Positions 56,905 to 64,000 of a DNA stretch of 64,000 nt are shown here, piece after piece. Below the pieces are notes generated by a model. That model saw only the letters and a program-made list of their open reading frames with translations. It ran no database searches and was not told the DNA's origin. The translations under genes and the position numbers were made by a program. The number at the start of each line of letters is the position of its first letter. Within the stretch, counting starts at the first letter, position 1. The DNA comes from a virus, in the IMG/VR virus record IMGVR_UViG_3300045988_154892; one strand, written 5' to 3'.

Positions 56905-57672
56905 TTATGTAGCAGAAATATTCTTTACCCACTGATCATAATTTTCGATAATCCATTTTCTACCTTTTTCAGTCCATTTCAGACATGGAGCAGCATTCTT
57001 TGCAGTATAACTCTGATAATCTGCATATCCTTCTATAATTAGCCATTCATATTCAGCATATGGACACCATGTTCCAGATTGATTCTTAAAAATAATATGA
57101 TTAAGATTCATAATCTCATTAAGTTTTTGAGCACTTCTATAACCAAGATCCTTTGCTACAACGGTAGTAGTAATTAATCCGTCTTTATTAAGAACTTCAT
57201 CATGATATTCAACTTTTGGTTTCTGTTCCTCAATTTCTGCAACAAGTGGAGCAGTTTCGATCTCAACAAGCCGTTTATGGGCATAAGCGACTTCACTTGG
57301 GTCTTTACTAAACAACTGTAATTTTAAACGTTCTTCTTCAGAAAGTGTTGTCCCAGATTTTAACGTTTCTTCCATGGCGTTGAATGCATTAATATATTTA
57401 AGTTTCCATTCAAGAGCCTTCTTACCAGTAAATCCCATTGCAAGTAATGAAAACCCATCACGATTAACAAGAAAACAACGATATTCTTTTCCACGAGAAT
57501 TTACATATGTAGATTCATTAAACATTTCACTCCACAAAATTGTGGAGTCAGATTTTAACATGTTATCGATATCTCTTAAAACTTGATCATGCCTTTTGCC
57601 AAATTTTTCTGCAATATCATTGCTACTTGCTACCACTTGCCCTTTTTCTTCTTTTAAAATAATTTCGTTCAT
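56905..57672 (-). CDS. Antirepressor: Rha-family N-terminal domain + KilAC C-terminal domain (255 aa)
   Basis: VVASSNDIAEKFGKRHDQVLRDIDNM..YVNSRGKEYRCFLVNRDGFSLLAMGFTG is Rha-like. LITTTVVAKDLGYRSAQKLNEIMN..IEGYADYQSY is KilAC-like. Confidence 0.7.
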   Translation of the reverse strand: MNEIILKEEKGQVVASSNDIAEKFGKRHDQVLRDIDNMLKSDSTILWSEMFNESTYVNSRGKEYRCFLVNRDGFSLLAMGFTGKKALEWKLKYINAFNAMEETLKSGTTLSEEERLKLQLFSKDPSEVAYAHKRLVEIETAPLVAEIEEQKPKVEYHDEVLNKDGLITTTVVAKDLGYRSAQKLNEIMNLNHIIFKNQSGTWCPYAEYEWLIIEGYADYQSYTAKNAAPCLKWTEKGRKWIIENYDQWVKNISAT

Positions 57673-57718
57673 TATATTTTGGTTTCTCCTTTTGCTAAGA
57701 AATATATTTTTTAGAAAA

Positions 57719-57754
57719 GGAGAACTGGTTGGTAATTATCCAACAAAGTTCTCC
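57719..57754 (-). terminator. Rho-independent terminator upstream of the antirepressor gene
   Basis: On the - strand, GGAGAACU..UUGGAUAAUUACCAA..AGUUCUCC is followed by UUUUCUAAAAAA. Confidence 0.65.
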
Positions 57755-57905
57755 ATTGCTGGTGCGATAGGAACATACCCTATACATTCGTTCCACCAAT
57801 AAAGATGAGATAGGAGAGTATTAACCATCCTATATTACTCATTATCAGGTTATCCACCCGTCTCTAATCATTTATTCTCTGCATTCGTTTGCAGAAAATT
57901 GTAAA

Positions 57906-57977
57906 CAGGAAGTCAGGGATTCGAACCCTGATTGACAGTTTTGGAGACTGTCGTGTTGCCAATTACACTAACGACCT
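57906..57977 (-). tRNA. tRNA-Trp (anticodon CCA) with two acceptor-stem mismatches
   Basis: AGGTCGT-TA-GTGT-AATTGGCA-ACAC-G-ACAGT-CTCCAAA-ACTGT-CAAT-CAGGG-TTCGAAT-CCCTG-ACTTCCT-G. Positions 4:69 (U-U) and 5:68 (C-U) do not pair. Confidence 0.6.
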
Positions 57978-58019
57978 GTATTTGAGTGCGTAAGCTGCAG
58001 TCTTACACACTCAACAAAA

Positions 58020-58622
58020 TTATAAATAAAAACTTTTCAAAATCTCAGATAGACGATTCTTATCAACCTGTTCAGATGACCAATATGAAATAGAACTATA
58101 TCCATTCTTATCATGCTTGCTACATGTAAATCCCTGTCCATCATCAGAGAAATCTACATCCATAGAATCGTCTTTGGATCGTGAATCACAGTCGTAGTCA
58201 TCACAATCATGGTTGTCGATCATATGATCAGGTTCATTACATTCTTCTTCATCTGTAAGCTGAAATTCATATTTCATATCCGATTCAAAATATTTAACGC
58301 ATTTAGAATTTGCATTTTCATCAAAAAATACAAATTTGGGAGATAACATACAATATCTTCCGTCCAATTTTAGCTTCTCGCAAAATATTTCATCACACAC
58401 AATACTGATAACATATTCGTCTTCATAGTTATCCCACTCAGGGTCTGCCAACTCAACAAATTTTAGATCATAATCGTAAAATACCAATTCTCTCAAAATT
58501 TCTTTTGCATGATCATACTTAGCAACAAAACTTACGTTTCGATCACAATCATGTAGTAGCTCATAAGTCTCGACAACTACTTCGACCAACTCTTCAATAC
58601 TTTTACATTTCAGTGTATGCAT
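58020..58622 (-). CDS. Hypothetical acidic Cys/Asp-rich protein (200 aa)
   Basis: ORF only; no family recognised. Confidence 0.45.
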   Translation of the reverse strand: MHTLKCKSIEELVEVVVETYELLHDCDRNVSFVAKYDHAKEILRELVFYDYDLKFVELADPEWDNYEDEYVISIVCDEIFCEKLKLDGRYCMLSPKFVFFDENANSKCVKYFESDMKYEFQLTDEEECNEPDHMIDNHDCDDYDCDSRSKDDSMDVDFSDDGQGFTCSKHDKNGYSSISYWSSEQVDKNRLSEILKSFYL

Positions 58623-58640
58623 AAAATCACCACCGATCTA

Positions 58641-58916
58641 TTAGAGAACAGCCTCTTTAAGAGCAGTAGCTGCCTTGAATTTCGGTGCTTTATGAGCGGC
58701 AACCATAATTGTTTCACCAGTCTGAGGATTACGTCTCTTAGATTCTGCCTTTTCTACAACCTCGAATTTTCCAAATCCTGCGATATTTACAGATTCTCCA
58801 TCAGCCATTGCATCTTTGATGGTAACGAAAACGGCATCTACATATTTTGCTGCATCTTTCTGAGTTACTTCTAGGTTTGCTGCTACGGTTTTAATAATAT
58901 CTTGTTTGTTCATCAT
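58641..58916 (-). CDS. HU/IHF-family DNA-binding protein (91 aa)
   Basis: MNKQDIIKTVAANLEVTQKDAAKYVDAVF..GFGKFEVVEKAESKRRNPQTGETIMVAAHKAPKFKA is a classic HU signature. The start at 58916 follows AAGGAGA; the track ORF begins earlier. Confidence 0.85.
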   Translation of the reverse strand: MMNKQDIIKTVAANLEVTQKDAAKYVDAVFVTIKDAMADGESVNIAGFGKFEVVEKAESKRRNPQTGETIMVAAHKAPKFKAATALKEAVL

Positions 58917-59088
58917 TTTAATATTCTCCTTTTGTTCAAATAAATTTTGCACTTATGAAGTGCTTGTCTAATTTTTTATAATGTGTTATTCTCTATAAGT
59001 ACGGAGCATCTTCCGTATTCTTGGTCATCGGCTTTTTCCCGAGTTTTGTACATTTGTTGTATAACAACGGAAAGGCAGGTGAAGTAAC

Positions 59089-59205
59089 ATGGCTATGTCA
59101 TATTCGATATTAACGCCAGTTCACGTTAATGCTTATTGGCGTTTCCGTCTAAATAGATGGGAATTTGTCCGTGAGCATTGGCGTTCGCTACCTCGACCAC
59201 GATAA
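59089..59205 (+). CDS. W/R-rich 38-aa peptide, cassette B (MAMSYSILTPVHVNAYWRFRLNRWEFVREHWRSLPRPR)
   Basis: Paralog of 33974..34084. TATAAT lies at 58977-58982. An 11-bp perfect stem joins 59023-59033 to 59281-59291. A terminator lies at 59304. Confidence 0.6.
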   Translation: MAMSYSILTPVHVNAYWRFRLNRWEFVREHWRSLPRPR

Positions 59206-59303
59206 AAACCGAGGAGCGCACCACGCAACGTCCAGATGGATCAGGCTCTCTGATAAGAGTTCTTGTATTCAATTCTAGGTAGCCGATGACCTTCTTTATA
59301 TGT

Positions 59304-59331
59304 AAGTACAGATGTATCTGTACTTATTTTT
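59304..59331 (+). terminator. Rho-independent terminator of cassette B
   Basis: AAGUACAGAU-GU-AUCUGUACUU followed by AUUUUU on the + strand. There is no U tract on the - strand. Confidence 0.65.
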
Positions 59332-59512
59332 CTACTTCAGCAGGATTTTGTAATTCAATAATTCCTACTTTGATCATGTATTCTGTTTCAAGATCCAGTA
59401 CATTAGCTACCGTATCATAATCTAAACCAGTTCGACCTTGAATGTATGAATTAAGTTCGTCATAATCCAATACTGGATTTTCGTCAATTTCTCCCATAAT
59501 TGTATTCTCCAT
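59324..59512 (-). CDS. Hypothetical acidic 62-aa protein
   Basis: ORF coupled to the upstream phosphoesterase gene. Confidence 0.45.
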   Translation of the reverse strand: MENTIMGEIDENPVLDYDELNSYIQGRTGLDYDTVANVLDLETEYMIKVGIIELQNPAEVEK

Positions 59513-60612
59513 TAATTAAGCTTAATTGAATGTTGTGTTGTAAGCCCTTGTCCAAGCTCGAACTCAAATAAACTCGCGCCAGGGTTAGATGTCTTCCTTA
59601 GAGACATCCCATATGGATCGACGCCAATAATAGATCTGACAGTAAGACATTCTGCATCAATTCCAACTTCCACATTCGTTTTATGATGGCAATGAGCGCC
59701 AATCAAATAATCAAAATGTGTTTGATAAGCTCGCGCATATTCATCAATTGCAGTTTTAATGTTCGGGACTTCGCCATGAATACCTAATACTGCATATGTG
59801 CTTAGTACGGAATAATCCATTCCAGTTGGATTTTCAAGAATTACAATATTCTTATTGTATTTAAGCCGTTCTTTAATTAATACAAGCATTGATTTACTCA
59901 TATTTTCATCTACGAATGCATTTTTCGGCGCACCGCAAATTCTAAGCTGATTATGATTTGAATCAATCACCATTTGAAATTTAATTCGTACATATTTACT
60001 AAGTTCATTTAACCAATTTGCAAGGAAATTGGCATACAGAATAGAAGAGTCGATAATACCATATCTAAGCTTCATAAGTTGGGAATTTAAACGCAAGACA
60101 CCCTGCAGTCCATCGCCTAACTCCCAAACATTTAATTCTGTAATATGTTCTTTATTCACAATCTGAACAACTTTATTTAAAAGATTCCACATACGTGTTT
60201 CGAAGATCTCTGGACTATATTCATTGATAATATTTCCAAACAAATCTTTAATCTCAAATTCAATCCCATAATGAGCATCAGCTAAACACAGAAGATATGA
60301 TTTATGATCATGTATAGGCGGAATATATTCCGGAATATCCAATGTTTTTAATTCACGAACTGCATTGCAAATTTTTTCTGTAACCATTTCAGCTCTTGCA
60401 TCTTCGCGTAGCCATTTTGAATATTCTAGTTTTTCTGTTTGGATTTTCTTACGAGTTTTTTCTAACTCTCTTTGCGCGATCCGGATATCCCGCAACTGTT
60501 TATCAGAATCAACAAACATATCACGATTTGCATTCAGCATTCGATCAAATGTCGCTTTATCCTTCCGAAATTTTGATTCTCCATAATGAGTTCCAAGTAA
60601 CTCATTAAGCAC
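59512..60612 (-). CDS. Calcineurin-like metallophosphoesterase (366+ aa)
   Basis: Motifs LADAHYG (D-x-H), ELGDGLQG (GD), DSNHNQ (GNH-type) and LGIHGE (GH). The frame is open about 105 nt upstream of the GTG start. Confidence 0.65.
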   Translation of the reverse strand: MLNELLGTHYGESKFRKDKATFDRMLNANRDMFVDSDKQLRDIRIAQRELEKTRKKIQTEKLEYSKWLREDARAEMVTEKICNAVRELKTLDIPEYIPPIHDHKSYLLCLADAHYGIEFEIKDLFGNIINEYSPEIFETRMWNLLNKVVQIVNKEHITELNVWELGDGLQGVLRLNSQLMKLRYGIIDSSILYANFLANWLNELSKYVRIKFQMVIDSNHNQLRICGAPKNAFVDENMSKSMLVLIKERLKYNKNIVILENPTGMDYSVLSTYAVLGIHGEVPNIKTAIDEYARAYQTHFDYLIGAHCHHKTNVEVGIDAECLTVRSIIGVDPYGMSLRKTSNPGASLFEFELGQGLTTQHSIKLN

Positions 60613-60731
60613 GTCAGCTACATCGTTCCAGGAACCGATTAAATCTTTATCATTGGTAACTCTATAGATGAGTTGATCATCTGTTTCGCCAGGTAATCTT
60701 TTATAGGAAGTAATAGTAGGTCACTCCCTTC

Positions 60732-60935
60732 TTACTCAACATCAACTGGCTCATCCAGCTCTTCTTCGTCCTTGACCTTAATATTGATTTCTACTGGCAT
60801 GTTTGCGAAGTCACGTAGAAGAGTAGAAAGTTGCTTATCTTCTCCATCAACATTAATTACCATTGTCTGTGGATTTAAAATACCAGTAACTTTCATTGAA
60901 GTTGTCGATGTTTTCTTATAAGTAAATGCTGCCAT
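60732..60935 (-). CDS. Hypothetical 67-aa protein
   Basis: ATG at 60935 follows AAAGGAGAATTATACGAT. The track ORF starts earlier. Confidence 0.45.
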   Translation of the reverse strand: MAAFTYKKTSTTSMKVTGILNPQTMVINVDGEDKQLSTLLRDFANMPVEINIKVKDEEELDEPVDVE

Positions 60936-60980
60936 ATCGTATAATTCTCCTTTTAATCCTAAAAATTTGTATAAAAAATA

Positions 60981-61000
60981 GAAGAGTAGCAAACTCTTCC
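60981..61000 (-). terminator. Rho-independent terminator after the ClpP-like gene
   Basis: On the - strand, GGAAGAGU-UUGC-UACUCUUC is followed by UAUUUUUUAUAC. Confidence 0.6.
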
Positions 61001-61660
61001 TTAAATAATTTCATCTAAACTTGTGATAATTTTATCAGCAACACCATATTTAATAGCTTCTTTCGCAGATAAATACCAGTCATTTTCAAAGTTTTCATTA
61101 AATACATCTTCTGGAATCTTTGTTCTAGATAAAACAAAGTCACCAAGTTCTTCGATTTGTCGTTGATAATTTAAAATTGCTGCAACTACATCATTGTATG
61201 TCCCAGCAAATTGACCAGCTCCCTTATGGATGAGGAATTCTGCCGTTGGAAATGTAAAACGCTCATGACATGCTAAATAAATAAAGCATCCACTTGATGC
61301 AGCAATACCAACATTAATTCCAATAACTTTTGTTTGGCTTAGTTGAATTGTATCAACCAAACAGTTATTTACCTCTAAATCGCCACCAGGACTAAAGAAG
61401 ATTACTTTAATTGGTTTACGTTCTTCTACTGGAATATTATTTTTCTTATCTTCCGAATTCCACTGCATAATCATCTTTGCATATTCCAAAGTCATGGTTG
61501 TAATTTCATCATCAATCCAAATAATTCTATCATCGTAATTTTTATAAAATTGTAATAGCGTAGGATCTGGCAACTGTAAATTTTCTACATTACTTGGGAT
61601 TGCAATGTCTAAATATGTTGCTTCTAATTTTTTCTTGAGTTCCTTTTTCTCCATTGGCAA
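61001..61660 (-). CDS. clpP: ClpP-family (S14) serine protease (219 aa)
   Basis: IKVIFFSPGGDLEVNNCLVDTI..VGIAASSGCFIYLACHERFTFPTAEFLIHKG matches the ClpP Ser/His region (S.GG...G.AAS.G..L.....R......IHQP pattern). Confidence 0.7.
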   Translation of the reverse strand: MPMEKKELKKKLEATYLDIAIPSNVENLQLPDPTLLQFYKNYDDRIIWIDDEITTMTLEYAKMIMQWNSEDKKNNIPVEERKPIKVIFFSPGGDLEVNNCLVDTIQLSQTKVIGINVGIAASSGCFIYLACHERFTFPTAEFLIHKGAGQFAGTYNDVVAAILNYQRQIEELGDFVLSRTKIPEDVFNENFENDWYLSAKEAIKYGVADKIITSLDEII

Positions 61661-61696
61661 TATGCCTCGTGCTTTCGTAATATTTCCATAAAAGGA

Positions 61697-62935
61697 TTAA
61701 TCTAATAAATCTGCCATAGCTGCAGTTTCACTTCGTTCTGTTTTCTGAAGCTGTACATAACCAAATTTTGTATGTCCTGCAAGTTTTTGTACAGTGGATA
61801 GTAAACCATTATTCATTCTAAAAAGAGTAGAATCTGTTTGTTTAAAATCTCCGTTCATCCAAAGAGCAGATCCTTCACCAACTCGTCCAATAAGAAGCTG
61901 GACATGTTCTTTTGTTAGATTTTCTGCTTCACTAACGTAGATAATCGCATTTTTAATATCTCGTCCTCGAATATAACCGAGATGTTCAACTTCAATATTT
62001 CCTGCCATAATCTGCATTTCCAGACCATTTTCTCCACCAAGGTGATCTGCTAACGGCATTGCAAATGGCAAAATCTTCTCAAATTTAGTACCAGGTAAGA
62101 AACCAACCTCATTTGCATCTTTTACGCCAATTGCATTTCTGACATAAATTAATTTCTCAAATTTTCCTTCTTCGATTAATTTGATAGCATTTGCAATCAT
62201 GAGATAGTCTTTTCCACTACCAAATCTACCTGAGATAACTTTGATTGTCTCTTCTTTGTCCTGTAGCATATCAAATGCTAAAACCTGTTGTGGGTTTCTT
62301 GGTTTGATTTTGCCCATAAAATGACTATTGATTTGTTTATAAGAAATAGGATGATATTCTTGTCCATTCCATTTTCTGTAATCAACAACCTCACCATCAT
62401 TCTTTCGAATTATCAGATATTCATTCAGAAGTGAATCATATTGATTTTCATTTAAATGTAAATAAAAATAACTCATTTCCTCATCAGAAAGAGTTACATC
62501 TTTGTATCCTGTATATTCATCAATATTTTTAACAAGATTTATTTCATTTACACCTTTAGTTGGTAGTTTAAAAATATTTTTTGAAATAAATTTACAATTG
62601 AGATCGTCTGTACAAACAATGACAGGAGATACATTTCGATTATATAAAACTGCTGATGCAAGAATAATGTTATCAGGTGTTTCCTCTAAGTAATATCCTG
62701 CAAGAATATTTTTTACATCTGTGTTAGTTGCGACAACCTCATATTCTCCATAATGCTCATCCAGCATATGAGCCGTTTGTCTGGCTTTGTATTTAACTTC
62801 ATTATCTTTATGACCTGAAGTCTTAATACTTTCAATCTCTTCAAGCGTCTTCTGTGAGATAATAAAGGGTTCTTTAAAAGCTTCCCTTTGCAAATTCAGA
62901 AGAGCATTGGTATCTAGGAATAATTTAAATTCCAA
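61697..62935 (-). CDS. phoH: PhoH-like ATPase with an N-terminal PIN domain (412 aa)
   Basis: N-terminus FLDTNALLNL is the PIN acidic motif. The P-loop is ISGRFGSGKDYL. IYVSEAENL is Walker B-like. RSETAAMADLL is the typical PhoH C-terminus. Confidence 0.7.
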   Translation of the reverse strand: MEFKLFLDTNALLNLQREAFKEPFIISQKTLEEIESIKTSGHKDNEVKYKARQTAHMLDEHYGEYEVVATNTDVKNILAGYYLEETPDNIILASAVLYNRNVSPVIVCTDDLNCKFISKNIFKLPTKGVNEINLVKNIDEYTGYKDVTLSDEEMSYFYLHLNENQYDSLLNEYLIIRKNDGEVVDYRKWNGQEYHPISYKQINSHFMGKIKPRNPQQVLAFDMLQDKEETIKVISGRFGSGKDYLMIANAIKLIEEGKFEKLIYVRNAIGVKDANEVGFLPGTKFEKILPFAMPLADHLGGENGLEMQIMAGNIEVEHLGYIRGRDIKNAIIYVSEAENLTKEHVQLLIGRVGEGSALWMNGDFKQTDSTLFRMNNGLLSTVQKLAGHTKFGYVQLQKTERSETAAMADLLD

Positions 62936-62968
62936 TAATTGATACCACCTTTCTCATTAAATTTCGCA

Positions 62969-63172
62969 TTAGCGATGATATAATTTTTTTCTATAATTTT
63001 CGAGTAGTCTCATATTATGAGGAGTCTCACACAAATAGAATTTTTTACGTTTATGACATGATTCCGAATGGGATACGCCGCCTTCCGCATAAGGAACTCC
63101 ATGCTTTACTAAATATTCTTTCTCTTGTTTAGTAATGAGTACTATATTAATGCACACCTTTCGTTTTAAATT
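62969..63172 (-). CDS. Hypothetical small basic protein (about 67 aa; start uncertain)
   Basis: The C-terminal two-thirds of track ORF 62969..63259 (..ITKQEKEYLVKHGVPYAEGGVSHSESCHKRKKFYLCETPHNMRLLENY..) looks coding. The N-terminal part of the track ORF overlaps tRNA-Ile and is rejected. Confidence 0.35.
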   Translation of the reverse strand, partial: NLKRKVCINIVLITKQEKEYLVKHGVPYAEGGVSHSESCHKRKKFYLCETPHNMRLLENYRKKLYHR

Positions 63173-63200
63173 TCTTTGCATTTGCCACAAAGATAAATAG

Positions 63201-63274
63201 TTGGGGTGGTAGGACTCGAACCCACGACCGTTCGGATATAAGCCGAATGCTCTCACCAACTGAGCTACACCGCA
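63201..63274 (-). tRNA. tRNA-Ile (anticodon UAU)
   Basis: TGCGGTG-TA-GCTC-AGTTGGTGA-GAGC-A-TTCGG-CTTATAT-CCGAA-CGGTC-GTGGG-TTCGAGT-CCTAC-CACCCCA-A. Pair 1:72 is U-A and there is one C-C mismatch at 3:70. Confidence 0.7.
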
Positions 63275-63289
63275 ATAATGCTACATAAG

Positions 63290-64000
63290 TAGCAAAATAA
63301 GTACGCTGAGATTAAACGTATCTTCGGAAACCTTTACCGACATTATTTTTTCTTCGGTTATCCACTATATGTTGCTTGCGCACACATATAGTATCTTCCA
63401 CAACCGCCTTTTAAGAAGAGGCTTATCTTCTTTGCTGTATGACTACTCAAGTTTCATCATTCCATTAACACTGCCGTGCTACAAATCTCTGCTAAGAGAA
63501 CTGTGCAGAATCCGCTTAACACATCCAGATATTGCGTATCTTTCAGTGTGTGTATTACCTCAAAAGAGATTACACATTTTGGCTGCTTACACCATACAGA
63601 GGTACAGACTTTCGCTTGTATAATTTGTTTACCTTTTGCATTAAACCAATTTTTATATTCTTCCTGAATATACTAATTAATAGAAACGAAATTGAATACA
63701 GAAGACGCGCTGCACCAGATGTTTCGTTATCTTTTGGATAACAAAATCCATCACGCCTTCGTAGCTTTCGGTTATAATCCCTACTCGCATCCTGCATAAG
63801 CTAATTTGGCATCTCTACCAATTCACTTACCCAAATGGACATCGCACTTGTCTAATAAGGACTCGCACTATATATCCTCCTAATTCCCCATCATATCTTC
63901 ATAGGTTCGCGTGAGCTATTCTGTTGCGCAGAAAAATGATTCTCAGCGGTTGCCCCTGAATCACCTTGTTGCTCCCTATTTCCTGACACTATTTCCACAC
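63290..64000. ncRNA. ORF-free, structure-rich region next to tRNA-Ile; candidate large ncRNA (runs off right edge)
   Basis: No credible ORF on either strand over more than 700 nt in an otherwise tightly packed genome. Base composition looks richer in G+C than the flanks. On the - strand there are many GNRA-type loops (GCGAAAG, CCGAAAG, GCGCAAG, CCGAAGA) and local stems. Confidence 0.4.

Noticed and set aside
1-64000. Stop-codon reassignment or suppressor tRNAs
   Set aside because: Very long ORFs (1313, 1938 and 674 aa) are uninterrupted under the standard code. The broken genes are explained by introns, and none of the five tRNAs has a stop-complementary anticodon.
1-64000. CRISPR arrays, rRNA genes, IS elements and transposases
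   Set aside because: No regularly spaced repeats of CRISPR size, no rRNA-like conserved stretches and no transposase-like ORFs were seen. The only recombinase is the tyrosine integrase.

Overview
Low-GC, Firmicutes-style siphovirus-type phage or prophage segment, probably temperate (tyrosine integrase plus Rha/KilAC antirepressor). Nearly all genes are on the - strand and read right to left: PIN-PhoH ATPase, ClpP-like protease, metallophosphoesterase, HU, antirepressor, free-standing HNH endonuclease, integrase, DUF262 protein, tRNA cluster, second HNH endonuclease, large terminase, portal, scaffold/protease, capsid, connector/tail genes, major tail protein, a holin-containing insert, chaperone candidates, a giant tape-measure (TMP) gene, Dit, Tal, and a tail fibre running off the left edge. 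Five tRNAs are present: Leu-UAA, Ser-UGA, Tyr-GUA, Trp-CCA and Ile-UAU. No rRNA or CRISPR array was seen. Main observations: (1) The TMP gene appears split into seven exons by group-I-type introns, three carrying homing endonucleases and one pair separated by a 36-nt micro-exon; conceptual splicing gives one 3481-codon ORF with a colinear TP901-type core. (2) The fifth intron position holds a 7.2-kb mixed-strand accessory island with consensus-like promoters, zinc-ribbon paralogs, a tandem-repeat lipoprotein and two trypsin-like protease plus convergent small-ORF modules. (3) A related ORF-less intron splits another structural gene near 39.3 kb. (4) Two paralogous + strand micro-gene cassettes encode W/R-rich 36-38 aa peptides. 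(5) A type-I-toxin-like small-RNA locus lies next to the integrase. (6) An ORF-free, GNRA-rich region of over 700 nt next to tRNA-Ile may be a large ncRNA. All family calls come from motif recognition by eye; no searches were run.
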